Shown: positions 11,934 through 25,113, numbered from the stretch's first letter. The stretch: DNA of 48,887 nt from Octopus bimaculoides (GCF_001194135.2 NC_068996.1:779402-828288), one strand, 5' to 3'. The notes: generated from the letters alone by a model not told the origin. A program made the numbers and translations.

Positions 11934-12721
11934 CTGAAGCATACACACTTCTACGCACAAGTATAAACATACCCATGTCATACATATGGATATGTACACA
12001 TAACTGCATCTCCAATTAGTTTACTTTTAGTTGCCAAATATATGTTTCAGATTGCCAACTACAATTAATAAATCTTGGTTTATATAAACTTCTACGCGTA
12101 GACAATTTACATTTAGACCATCTTAAAACTGATGACTTATAACTCTTTCGATCACATATAAATAATAATAAACAAAAAGGATACGCTATGACCTGATTAC
12201 AAGTCTATATACCCTATCTCCATTCAGATAATTGCTCTGCATAAAACTCCAGTGTAACTTTGTACACAAATTGATGGTCTTCTATACCACTGTAGTATTT
12301 CTCAGCAATCTCCACGCGAACCTGATTGGCATTATTCAACGATTCAACTTGTTTTCAATAACAAGCATAAATACACAGTGATGGTTATTTCCAACAAAGT
12401 TACATATTCCTAGGAAGAGTTTGTAGCTGAGTAAATTGTCCCCAGCTATTTCATTGGTCCAACGTAATGAAAAATGTATGGGTTTAAGTCAAAGTATATG
12501 TACGACATAATATCAAAATAATTTCTTTTTTTCCGAACTACTTCTAGCATTGAAACATTTAAAGGAGGTTCCAAATGCAGAAGCAGGATTAAGTTGACTA
12601 ACAGTTTATTTTATTCAATCCAGAAGAATAAAAAAGCAAGGTTTCCTTTGACAGTATTTGAACTCAAAACGCAAAGTTCCACTGGAAATACTGCAAATTG
12701 GCCTTCCACCATCCTTATTAA

Positions 12722-12848
12722 TAATTTCTGGCATAAGACAAGGCCTGAAATTTGGGGTGAGATCAGTCAATAAAATCCATCGCTGCACTTCATTGGTACT
12801 TTATTTTATCGATAACACGGGGATGAAAGGCAAGGTTGATCTCAGAGG
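12722..12848 (-). mobile_element. SINE family A, degenerate 3' portion
   Basis: ACAAGGCCTGAAATTTGGGG...GGTACTTTATTTTATCGA...GGATGAAAGGCAAGGTTGATCTC matches the better copy at 12989-13190. Confidence 0.65.
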
Positions 12849-12928
12849 AAACTAATCTTAGAAAGTAATGAGCCAGAAATACGACTAGGCATTTTGTCTA
12901 ACTGTCTCTCGAATCTCCAATTCTCCAC

Positions 12929-12930
<2 letters not shown>

Positions 12931-12987
<57 letters not shown>
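12931..12987. repeat. (AAT)n microsatellite forming the tail of SINE A copy 12989-13190
   Basis: Read directly. Confidence 0.97.
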
Positions 12988-12988
<1 letters not shown>

Positions 12989-13190
12989 TTTTCAAAAGGT
13001 CAGCAATTTTGAGGAAGGGTTTAAGATGATTACATTGATCCCAGTGCACAACTGGTACTTAATTTATCAATCCCGAAATGATGAAAGGCAACGTCGAAGT
13101 TGGCGAAATTTGAACTCAGAACGTAAAGACGGACGAAATACCGCTAAGCATTTTCTCCGGCATGCAAACGATTCTGCGAGCTTGCCGCTT
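12989..13190 (-). mobile_element. tRNA-derived SINE family A, near full length
   Basis: Minus strand reads AAGCGGCAAGCTCGCAGAATCGTTTGCATGCCGG...TTACGTTCTGAGTTCAAATTTCGCC...TTGCCTTTCATCATTTCGGGATTGATAAATTAAGTACCAGTTG: pol III A/B-box-like head, conserved GCCTTTCATCCTT..GATAAA..AAGTACCAG central domain, (ATT)n tail. Several homologous copies elsewhere in the window. Confidence 0.85.
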
Positions 13191-13238
13191 TAACTACAGC
13201 AGCAACATCGACTAGATTCCTTTTCTCTTTATACATAC

Positions 13239-13326
13239 CTTCCTCTCCTTGTGGAAATTGTAATAGGTGTTAAGGGATTGATCAAAGTGTGTTGTGTCAA
13301 TCCCCTGTCCAGTTCATGTCCAGATA
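13239..13326 (-). CDS. Candidate internal coding exon of an unidentified host gene (88 nt)
   Basis: Acceptor TTTTTGCTTGTCCAG|, donor AAG|GTATGT. Only one frame is open: xSGHELDRGLTQHTLINPLTPITISTRRG. No protein family recognised. Confidence 0.3.
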
Positions 13327-14181
13327 CTGGACAAGCAAAAATGTTTGTCCAATATCTGACTTTCAAGCACATATTTTGGTGAAGAAAGTGTATCGTCGAT
13401 TAAACCGGCTCCATTATTTAATTGTTGCTTTATGTTCGACTGCAAAAAGAATTACAGTGAAATCGAAATCCTAATGGGACCCAAATCATTTGGATCCCCT
13501 TATCAACTTATTCTACCAATTGACAAGTTTTCTTGATAAAGATTTCTTATATTAACACCATAGTTACAACTTTATAGCTGCGTATGTTGTGTGTGCGCGC
13601 ACATGTACGAACATGGTCAATGAAATTGACTACTGCTGTATCCCTTTGAATAGCGGAAAAAATGTTGGCCGCAATGGGATTTGAACTCCGAACATGAATG
13701 GAGTTGCAATACATTCTTCAGCATTATCGAAAACATTCTATTAGATAACAAAGCATGGCATCGTAAGAAGACAAGCAGAAACATTTCTCTGTCTATTTCA
13801 TTTTCGCATTGACAAATACGCACACACACATACATACACAAATATGTGCATGCACACACGCATACACTCACATGCGCATGCACGCACGCACACATGTTCA
13901 TGGACGCACGCATACGCGCGCGTGTGTGCGCGCACACACGCACACACACGTATAAAGCTGTTGGTGTTTATAAGGCCATCCAGCCGTAAAATATCTTTCT
14001 TCCTTGGTTTAGTTAACACAAGTGTGCAAGCAGCGGTGCACAGTGTTGTCATTATTCCCCTCTTTCCTATTTACAGTCATTTTTCTCTGGCTGGTGGAAC
14101 TAATTAGACCCGTCTAAACATAGGAAGAGAAGAAGTCTGCCGGAAAAATAGACATTAAATCATAATGAAGTCACGAGTTCC

Positions 14182-14182
<1 letters not shown>

Positions 14183-14220
<38 letters not shown>
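14183..14220. repeat. (GAT)n microsatellite
   Basis: Read directly. Confidence 0.97.
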
Positions 14221-14221
<1 letters not shown>

Positions 14222-15343
14222 CGTTGATGGTTATGATGATTTTGATGCACGTGTCCGTCTTGTGCTTAAGCGTGCTGTGTGAGTTTGCGAAAGAGATTGT
14301 GTGCATGTGTGGTGTGTTTGTGAATGTTTGTGTGTTTGTGCGTGCGTGCGTTTCCTAAAAATTGCTATGATCTTATTTAACTATTCGCTGACTGAAAACA
14401 TCAAATCACCGTGAAAGTGAAAGAATGGAAAACATCAAAGATGCAACGTTCAAAACTATCTCAAGTCATTTCATGACACTTTCGACATGATAAAATGTCC
14501 ACACGACACTTACACACATGCGCGCGCACCTTCACACGCGCGCACAGAAATGGTGTGTGTGTACATGTATATGAATACATACAAGCATACATACACAACT
14601 CTCTAACACGTACACACACATACACGCACACACTTCACTATGCATGAACATATAATTGCGAGGCGCACACCGATTCGTAAACGTATTGTTCGCATTTCCT
14701 TACTAGTTGTGTGAGTGTAAATATCTGCTTGCATTATGAGGTATTCTGCCGTATAGCGAAACAGCTGGAATGAGATCGAGAGATGCAAGTCACTTCCGTG
14801 GGGTAGTGTTATGTCTGTTGTTGGTAGTGTAGGTGAAGGGGAAAACTATGAAAGTGCTAACAGAGAGGGATGAATGGGCGATAGATAAGCCTGCATATTC
14901 CGCTCAAAAATGCATTCATAGGTAATATAACGCCAGTCAAAATACCAAGAATTTTTTCTTGTATGGCTTTTCATATACCCTTATTCGCTGGTGTTGTTCA
15001 AATGCGTGACACTGAACATTCTGATATTTTTCGTAGCTCGTTTTCGTTTCATTCGTTTAAATTACCTCGGTCAGCCATAAATACCTTCTACTCAATTTTG
15101 TGTATTATTGTCCTGATTGCTGAACTGAGGCAGTAGAACGATTGTTGAGCTGATGACACTGAACACGGCTCAAATATGTCTACAGCTGTGTAAATCTCAC
15201 CCTACAACCAAACTGTCTTTTCCTTAATTGGTATGCCTGTTTTGTGGAATTATTGTTCCTTGAGATTATCTCGCTTTCTTATTCGGTGTTGATACAATTT
15301 GTAATTGGTTTACCTTATCTGGAAGGGGAGCTAGTCTCACGAA

Positions 15344-15590
<247 letters not shown>

Positions 15591-16119
15591 TTATATATAC
15601 ATATATATATACATACACACCTACATACGTAGATAGGAAAGGCAGATAGATGTTTTTATACCGAGCTTAAAATTGCTATCAGGAATATTTTTTTTATTTT
15701 ATTATTGCTTAACCCTAGGTAAGCTTTTACTGCATAAGCTGTTAATGAAAGTGAATCCAACCCGAACCATCTTGTTTTATTTATTAAACACTACATTATT
15801 TTCTATGTTTTCCCCCCACACATTTGAAATAGAAGGGTATGAATTCAAGCGTATTTAACTGCTATATTTAACAGGTCAATTAACAACGGAGAGGCTATCT
15901 TGTCGGTTGGCAGAAACCTCATTCCTGGTGAAAAGTAACAATAAAAAAATCCCCTCCCACCCACCACCAACACCACCCATACTCACAAGAATCAAAACAA
16001 AGAAAAATAAACAATTCGTGTGCATTGGAGAGGTTATGGTTGTATTGTGATGAATGAATAATGGAGAACGAGGAGGCAACGTTACAAATCGTTAACGAAT
16101 ACACGCACACATACGTAGA

Positions 16120-16535
16120 TGCATACATGCATGCTTACGTATATGAATACACACACGTATACATGCATACGTGCATACAAACATATATATACAGACATAC
16201 ATATAAACATACATTCAGACACACATACATGCATATACATACATACACACACACGTGCAAGCATACACACACACATACCTATTTATACATATATCTATAC
16301 ATACATGCATACATACATACACACATGCATGCATACATACACACATGCATGCATACATACACACATGCATGCATACATGCATACATACACACACACATGC
16401 ATGCATACATGCATACATACATACACACACATACATACANNNNNNNNNNATGCATACATACATACACACACATACATACATACATACATACATATACACA
16501 CATACATACATACATACATACATACATGCATACAA

Positions 16536-16565
<30 letters not shown>
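16120..16565. repeat. (ACAT)/(GCAT)/(AC) compound microsatellite
   Basis: Read directly. Confidence 0.95.
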
Positions 16566-16566
<1 letters not shown>

Positions 16567-17326
16567 AGTAATATCACGTAACCGCTCCCCGGGTAGATGA
16601 GTATGATAGTGACTGGGTCCCTTCTGCGGATGATAGCGATAAGGGTGTTTTGGTAGTGGGTGGTTCTGCTTCTCATGTTGTTAATGATTAAGTTAGGTGG
16701 TAGTGGTAGAGGTGGAGGAAGGCTGTTTCTAAGGCTAATGATGATAATTAAAGTCATTGTGAAGATGGTCGTCCTAATTGTGATAACAATGAAGAAGCTG
16801 ATGCGTGGCGGTGGTATTGGTAGTAGTGGTGGTTGTAGTGGGAGGAGAAGAATGGATGTGTTAAATCTGGTTGATTCGGTGGGAACAATGTTTTATCTTT
16901 ATTTCCCTGACTTGAATTTATTTGCTCATTTATTTATTGATACAGATGGGATGTTCGGAGTGTTGCTATTTATGACATTAGAGGAATATGCTAACGGTTT
17001 TGCTATTATTTAGCCCGTGGGGGGGGGGGGGATATCATGCGAATCTTGACTATCCCATCTTTTTCTTTCGTTTTTCCTTTCTTTTTATTTTGGCCTCTGA
17101 TATACTCAAAACTACATTAACCCAATGACTTTGCATTTTTAGGACAATAGAATGAAACATAAGGGATATTCGACTGCGATTTCTAGTAAATCGAGCAATC
17201 TCTTCAAAGTACGTTTTATCTCATTTATAGGAGTTGGCGCGTAGCTAATTAAAAAAGCAATCGATACCGCCCCACAGCAAGCCATCCACGATACTATCAA
17301 AATATGTTCTCCACTCACCATACCCT

Positions 17327-17368
17327 AACATCGATTGCCAAGCGATGGTGGGGGACAAACATAGACAC
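17327..17368 (-). mobile_element. SINE family B internal fragment
   Basis: CATCGATTGCCAAGCGATGGTGGGGGACAAAC matches 32419-32452 (GCATCGATTGTCAAGCGATATTGGGAGGACAAAC). Confidence 0.7.
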
Positions 17369-17414
17369 CACACACACACACACGTAAGTATGTGTATGTA
17401 TATACATATATATA

Positions 17415-17459
<45 letters not shown>

Positions 17460-17751
17460 ATGTGCGTGTGCGTGCGTATAAGAAAAATAATTAAGATTCA
17501 GTTGAATTAGGTACTTAAATTGAGGCACCAAGCCAGTTTAGTATAAAACGTGCAACACGAAGTTAGGTGAATAAAAAGCAAATTAGTAATAAGGATGTCC
17601 ACTAAATCCAGTGTTTTCATCAACCAAAACTACTTACAAAGTTTTATATATATANNNNNNNNNNNNNNNNNNNNNNNNNNNNNNATATATATATATATAT
17701 ATATATATATATACGCATACACATATATGTAAACATATATATTTAGATAGA

Positions 17752-17787
<36 letters not shown>

Positions 17788-20158
17788 TATAGATAGATAA
17801 CAGTTCTAAAATATTCATATATTCATCTTGCTATTTAGCCTTTCTATCCACATTTACTCTACAAATAATGTGGTGGGGGTGTGGGAGGATGTGAATAAAA
17901 TACTTGAAAAATACGGGGTGGGTTTATTTTTTGTTCGCTCTTATCGTGTCGACCTTTCTTCTGTTCAAATTGGCATAAAAGGGAACCTAGACAACCTCCT
18001 ATGAACTCCTTACGCCACGTTCTTGTTATTAATGTGTTTTATTATACATGTTTTACTTATTTTCGGTTGTCTTTTTTTTCCCCCAATGTTCACTTTTTTT
18101 TGTATGTTTCGGAAGGGCGTTGTGTGGAGTGTTTCGTTTGCTGCTTTCTCTTATTTTTTTCGTTCCTTTCCTGTTCTTTTTTTTTTGCGGTGAATGAAGA
18201 GTCAGTCATTGGTGTTAGCATGAAGTGGGGGTAGGAATAGTGTTTACAGTTAGTTGATTTAGATGTTATTGTTGGTGCTGATGTTTTTAATGTCGCTATT
18301 GTCATTCTTGGTATTCTTGCAGTTTAGGTTTCTATTGCAATCATTGTTATTGTTCTTGATTGGGGTCGAGTTTGTGGTGACGGTGTTGGGTCTTTGGGGA
18401 AGGGAGAGAGGGACGGAGGAGAAAGAATGAGTAAGTAATTGAATGAAGGTCGTGGTACTTCAGAAGGAGGGGGCTATAATGACGTAGTGGCTGGGAGAGC
18501 ATGATAAATAACCGGAATTAAGTTTATGAAATATTAACATTGTATGTTTGCTTTTTTACTTGCTTTTTGTTTTCTATCTTCACATGTTTTTGTTTTCTTT
18601 TTGATCTCTGTTTATGTCTAACTGTTAAGTGACCAGTAAATAACATATATTGTTTGTGTTTATTTATTAGTGAGATAACAAGCACGACTCTATTAAAAAG
18701 CAATATTATCTATTTCAATACGTTATTTCAGATCCAAGTTATTCATCAAAACAGCGATCTATGTGAGAAAAGGTTGCATATTCGAATGAGGTTTTTTGTT
18801 TGTTTTTATCACCACATTCAGTGATTGCGATTTCGCCATGCATCTCATCCACGGTTAGCTTCGATTGAATAGCACGTTCATTAATTTTTCTTGCGAAATA
18901 AAACACCATAAACTGATTTTTCTGCTAAACCATATGAAAGACTACTTTGCAAATGTGTCACATTCAGTTCATTTGATGCATTTATAGCAATTTTGGAGAT
19001 ACATTTTCAGATCATCCATAAACTTGCATTAAATTTTCACATTTTAAGACACTTGCCCTTTCTCAACTGATATAATTTTAGATAATCTACGCTTCATATT
19101 TGCCTTAGGACAATAACAAAGGTTACATGTATCTCAATGCGATTGCTCGATCTTCTAGAAAGAGCAGTCAGACCTCCATTAGCATCTTAAAACACTGAGG
19201 CCACAATGGATAATCTTGTCCTAGATAGCTTCAGTCTAAAAGAAGTGAAACGGTAATGGTTAGAACACCTGTGCTTACAGATTAGTTTGAGAGACTAAAC
19301 GATGACCACAACATACATTGTATACATTGTATGGCGGTTCCTGTTTTCGCGTCAAACGTCCTTAGTTGTTTCTGAGAATCGTGCATGTAATTACTGCGCC
19401 GTAAGAAATTTCTGACTTAAAATTCAAAAACGAAAAATATTATTATTTAAATAATATCCGCTACATATCGCAACATATTAATACACGTCTTTTTTGTTGT
19501 TGTTTAGCTTTTCAATTCCGATTCGTTGCCACACTATCTAGAAGTAGTATATCAATTCTATTGGCTATTTCCTGTTTCAAATCTAAGCGCGTTTGAAGAG
19601 AACCTTAATGGTGATTCATGTTTAAGATTATCTTTAGAAGCAATGCCTGTCAATCTGAAACATTTCAGTTGGTAATATTATTTATATTTTACGACTTCTG
19701 ATTCATCATCCGCAAAGCATTCTTTTTATCAGATTAAACTTCATCCAGTTCTGAATGAAAAGGGGTTGGAGGGGTAATTTGGTGGTGAAACTAACAAGTA
19801 AAGATTATTAAGTGTATGATAGATTAGTCATGGAGTTAGTTGAAAAGTAAATGGAAGGAAAATAAAGTCCAGAAACAAATCCCGGTGTATACACATTTAC
19901 AAATTACCAGACGAAAAGACAATGTTCTTTAGATGCAAAGACGTATGAATGTATATATCCACATACATACATATATACATAAACAGAATTTTTGAAGAGA
20001 CAGTTGCTTCGTGTGTGTGTGTGAATGTGTGTGTCTGAGCGTGTGTGCGTGTGTGTGTGCGTGTGCGTGCGTGCATGTGTGCACATACGCGCGAGCAAAC
20101 ACACACTCATACACATTATACATAATTTACTGCTTTAATACACACGCACACACATACA

Positions 20159-20192
<34 letters not shown>

Positions 20193-20539
20193 NNNNNNNN
20201 NNNNNNNNNNNNNNNNNNNNNNNNNNNNNNNNNNNNNNNNNNNNNNNNNNNNNNNNNNNNNNNNNNNNNNNNNNNNNNNNNNNNNNNNNNNNNNNNNNNN
20301 NNNNNNNNNNNNNNNNNNNNNNNNNNNNNNNNNNNNNNNNNNNNNNNNNNNNNNNNNNNNNNNNNNNNNNNNNNNNNNNNNNNNNNNNNNNNNNNNNNNN
20401 NNNNNNNNNNNNNNNNNNNNNNNNNNNNNNNNNNNNNNNNNNNNNNNNNNNNNNNNNNNNNNNNNNNNNNNNNNNNNNNNNNNNNNNNNNNNNNNNNNNN
20501 NNNNNNNNNNNNNNNNNNNNNNNNNNNNNNNNNNNNNNN

Positions 20540-20578
<39 letters not shown>

Positions 20579-20744
20579 ACGTATGTATACAGGGTGTGCT
20601 TGTATCCAACCATACTTACATTGTGTGTGTTTGTGTGTATATGAGTGTGCGAGTTTGTGTGTGTGTAGGATGGGAGCATTGCGCGTTCTGTAAACAAAGT
20701 AGACACTTATGCTCACGCAGTAAATCTTTGGAAAAGTAGAATCG

Positions 20745-20968
20745 TCATCATCGCTTCCACGTCACCATTTTTATGCTCACGTGGGTAGTAAGGAAGTCGT
20801 TGAGGCAGATTTTCTACGGCTAGATGCCCTTTCTGTAACCAGCTGTTCACTGTTTCCAAGCAAAGTAATATTTCCTCCAGGGCCTTGTTTTCGTAGAAAA
20901 GTGAGAACAAAGAACATCACTTGTATAATGTTGATGCTCGTTTACAACCATCGCACATTGTCAAGACA
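20745..20968 (+). mobile_element. Interspersed repeat with RTE 3'-UTR-like motif (SINE or LINE tail)
   Basis: Starts CATCATC-like and contains TTTCTACGGCTAGATGCCCTTTCTGTAACCA, a variant of the CGGCYGGATGCCCTTCCTG motif I recognise from RTE tails and RTE-dependent SINEs. Single copy in the window. Confidence 0.5.
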
Positions 20969-21308
20969 CACACAAACACGTCACATGCCTATGTACACTC
21001 ACATATGTTTATGCATGTAAATATTTATGTATCACCTTCTGTCTTCCAAGTCTTCTATGTGTGCATTTATGTGTGACCTTGAAGCCGTAAATTTCACTAA
21101 ACATTACCACCAGTATTACATTATATCAAAAATCAGAACCATGAAACGCAGAATGAAATTTAGTTAAGTTTTCAACTGTCAATAAATTTGATAAAACAGT
21201 TTTGAATATTCTCTTTTCTCTTTCTTGGTTGTGTAATTTTTTACCCAAAAACTCTATAACACACACAAACAAGCGTCCACAAACACACATACATATATAC
21301 ATATATAC

Positions 21309-21353
<45 letters not shown>

Positions 21354-21451
21354 NNNNNNNNNNNNNNNNNNNNNNNNNNNNNNNNNNNNNNNNNNNNNNN
21401 NNNNNNNNNNNNNNNNNNNNNNNNNNNNNNNNNNNNNNNNNNNNNNNNNNN

Positions 21452-21474
21452 TGGATTTGGTAGACGGAAACTGC
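21452..21474 (+). mobile_element. SINE family B fragment emerging from N gap
   Basis: TGGATTTGGTAGACGGAAACTG matches the reverse complement of 32510-32535. Confidence 0.7.
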
Positions 21475-21512
<38 letters not shown>

Positions 21513-22476
21513 ACGTGTACGTGCACACACATGAACAGATACGTGTATATGTGTGTTAAATATGATTTTTAATCGTGCACGTATAGCAACTACTCGACAT
21601 TTTCAGTTTGTAATGGCGGCTGTGAATTGCATTTGCAGACATTAAAATTTATAGAATGTGATGGTGTTGTTGATAACAATGCCTCTCCTCCACTCCCTTT
21701 CTCTACCTCTCTCTCTCTTTCTCACTTTCGCTCTCCCGCTTTCTCTCCCGTTTTACATTTTTAATGATGGTGTTCTTGTTATTGGTAGAGTAGAATATAA
21801 AAAAAGTTGTAGCAATCTGCTCAATCTGTTATTATTATTAAATATTCATCTTTATTACTTCACCAAGTTTTCTTTGTTTTGTTTTCTTTTCCTAAAAACC
21901 TCCTATGTGAGAATGTTTCCATATACAAACACTTAACTTCGAGACATTCATACACAAAGATAGAAGTTTGTGTAAGAGATAGATAGCATAAGAGAAAGAG
22001 TTACACGTTTTCTATTGAGAGAGGGCGAATATTGTATGTATGCTTGTATGGAGACAAATTGTGCAAAAGAGTGAATGAAGGATACAGAGAGAGAGGGTGA
22101 GAAAGAGAGAAACTGTATAAGGGGAGTGAGGAATAAAAAAAGACAGGAAATAGAAAGCGGAGACTTATAGGATAGAGAAGGAGGAAAAACACCAGGTGTG
22201 TATCGAATTGTCGCATTTTAATAAATCAGTGTCTTCCATTTAAAAAGATCCAAATTTGAAATTTTAAGCACGTACTTAATTTTATACGTTTATAAATTCA
22301 CACATACACAAGTACACGCACAAAAACACATATATGTACACACTTGCAAACGAACGTAGACATCATTACTAAAAAAAAAGAAAACAGAAACATATGCATG
22401 TGTGCATATGTGTATGTATAAATGTGTTTTCACACAGAATAACGAAATACACACATTTAAGTGAAGAAAGAGAAAG

Positions 22477-22477
22477 T

Positions 22478-22537
<60 letters not shown>
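22477..22537. repeat. (TG)n(AG)n compound microsatellite
   Basis: Read directly. Confidence 0.97.
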
Positions 22538-22540
<3 letters not shown>

Positions 22541-22809
22541 TGTGTGTGTGCGTTTGGGTGTGTGTTTTGACGTGAGTATGTGAAGTGTCTATGATTGCAT
22601 GAAATATTTATGCTGTTTTTCTATGTGACAAATGCTTACACTTCTATCGCAATTAAGTTAAATTGCATCGAACTTTTTAATTATTTACTCTTTCTTTTTA
22701 AAAGGCTATTTCAATCAAGTATATTGCCAGCTTTATTAGAGAATATATATTATTATTCCCCCACACATATATGCCTGCGTGTATGTGCATTACTCTCTCT
22801 CTCTGTGTA

Positions 22810-22850
<41 letters not shown>

Positions 22851-23722
22851 NNNNNNNNNNATATATATACACATATATACATATATGTATATATACGTGT
22901 ATGTATATATATATATGTATGCATGTATGTATATAAATAGATAGACAGATAGATAAATGAGTAGATAGATAGGTAGGTAAGTAGATAGGTAGGTAGCTAT
23001 ATTCATTAATATACATGTATGAGTACATATTAAAAACACAAAACAGGAAAATGCTTTTGATAACTTCATCCTGAATAAAATCAGGAAAATATTTACATTT
23101 TTATCAATGTGGGCAAATGGTTTCAAGCGTTTTTAAGACGATTTTGTCACATTGAAATAGAAAAGAAATGAAACTGATAAAAATTAGATTAAAGTAATCT
23201 TTCATGATATCAGGAAACATTAATTAGATTTTCAATTCAATTTTTGACTCTTGTTTTAGCATGACTAGATTGCCTATTTAAGTGATTGAATCCGGTAGCA
23301 CACTTTCCTAAAATATAAACAATTTCTTCATTTTCTCCATGAGATGTTGAAAAAACATTTTATTTTCGTTTTTTAAGATAATTTAACGCGTGTGAAAAAT
23401 CTTAATACATATGTATACGCACATGTACACACACACACACACACAGAGCAGATCGGAAGAGCGTCGNNNNNNNNNNNNNNNNNNNNNNNNNNNNNNNNNN
23501 NNNNNNNNNNNNNNNNNNNNNNNNNNNNNNNNNNNNNNNNNNNNNNNNNNNNNNNNNNNNNNNNNNATATAGATAGATAGATAGATAGATAGATCGATAG
23601 ATAGACAGACAGACTAATAGATAGATACAGATGTATATATGTTTGTATGTATGTATTATTTATATATATATATTCTTATTACTTATCTGCGTGTAAATTT
23701 CTACTTACTTACATACATAGAT

Positions 23723-23771
<49 letters not shown>

Positions 23772-24763
23772 CGTGGTGGATGTGTGTGTGTGTGGAATAT
23801 GACTTAGTGGTCAGTGCATTGCTCTAGCGATCGTTATTTGTGATTTTTCTTCCTAGACCTTTCTATTCGCGGTGTTTTTTTTAGCAATACACATCATTCA
23901 TTACAGCTCCAGTTCACTATGATGACAAAATCAGCATTCCTTTGACGGATCGGTTACCCGTTCATAGGGGAGTATATAAAACACGAATACGGGAAATCGG
24001 CCTTATGAGTCTATGTTCGGGAAGACCCTTTCATTCTTATATATAATATACACACACACGCACACACACATACACTCGCACGCACATGCACAAAGCGATC
24101 TACACATATACGTAAATGTTTTAAATATGGTGGGCGGTGTTCTAGAAACGTGGGTTATAGAAATACTCGTGCTGGTGATCGAAAGAACGACAAATCCACT
24201 TAGGATAGATGAATACTTAATTATTGTTTGAACTGAGTATCCTTCTAGGAGAAGGATACTCTGATACAAAAGCCTGTGAATTGTTAATGGTTATCTAAGA
24301 CAATGCTAGGCCACCGGGAGTAGAGCATTTCTGGAAAGTTAAGGCGTTTCCTTGCAAGCTTCATTCGTTGAAACCGATTTTACACAATTGAAAGCTGTTC
24401 TGCGTTCATGTTGGTTACTGAAGCATAGATGTTTGACCAGCTGGTATTTAATTGCAAGCCTTCATGTAGGTAACTTGGGATATTCATCACATTTTTTCCA
24501 AACATGACGGTGGAGAGATTCTACAGCGCCTCTAGTGACGAAGTAATTTGTCCTTTCCGAACATAATACTTCCAATCTGTTAATCGGAAAGGACTGTTAA
24601 TCGGCTTGCACTATTCTGGAACCGGGCAGCAATACTTATGTGCAGTCTTAGCAATCCTCCATGATAACATCCAAAAATCTACAACTTAACAAGTACTCGG
24701 ACTTACGTATGAGTTGGCATCCACCGCACACACACACACACACGCACACACACACGCACGCAC

Positions 24764-24801
<38 letters not shown>

Positions 24802-24807
24802 ACGTAG

Positions 24808-24983
24808 ATCCCTTTATTCATTTTAGTTATTTGACAGCGGCCATGCTAGAGCACAATCTTGAAAGGTTTTTAGTTAAACAAATCGACCCAGGATTTATTC
24901 TTTGTAACACTAGTACTTATTCTATCGGTCGTTGGCTGAAACATTAAGTTACAGGGTCATAAATACACCAGCACCAGTTGTCA
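24808..24983 (-). mobile_element. SINE family B, 3' half (head lost in gap)
   Basis: GCGGCCATGCTAGAGCAC...AAACAAATCGACCCAGGATTTATTCTTTGTAACACTAGTACTTATTCTATCGG matches 32290-32375. Confidence 0.85.
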
Positions 24984-25079
24984 NNNNNNNNNNNNNNNNN
25001 NNNNNNNNNNNNNNNNNNNNNNNNNNNNNNNNNNNNNNNNNNNNNNNNNNNNNNNNNNNNNNNNNNNNNNNNNNNNNNN

Positions 25080-25113
<34 letters not shown>

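Noticed and set aside
15310-15330. 5-nt microexon CTCCCCTTCCAG|ATAAG|GTAAAC on the minus strand
   Set aside because: The signals are good but untestable without RNA data, and such short matches occur by chance.
16580-17013. 117-aa Gly/Met-rich ORF
   Set aside because: Decayed GGT/GAT low-complexity sequence.
17139-17321. 60-aa minus ORF with ISYAPT resembling an APE endonuclease motif
   Set aside because: No other endonuclease motifs; the ORF starts in a SINE B fragment and overlaps a dispersed repeat motif.
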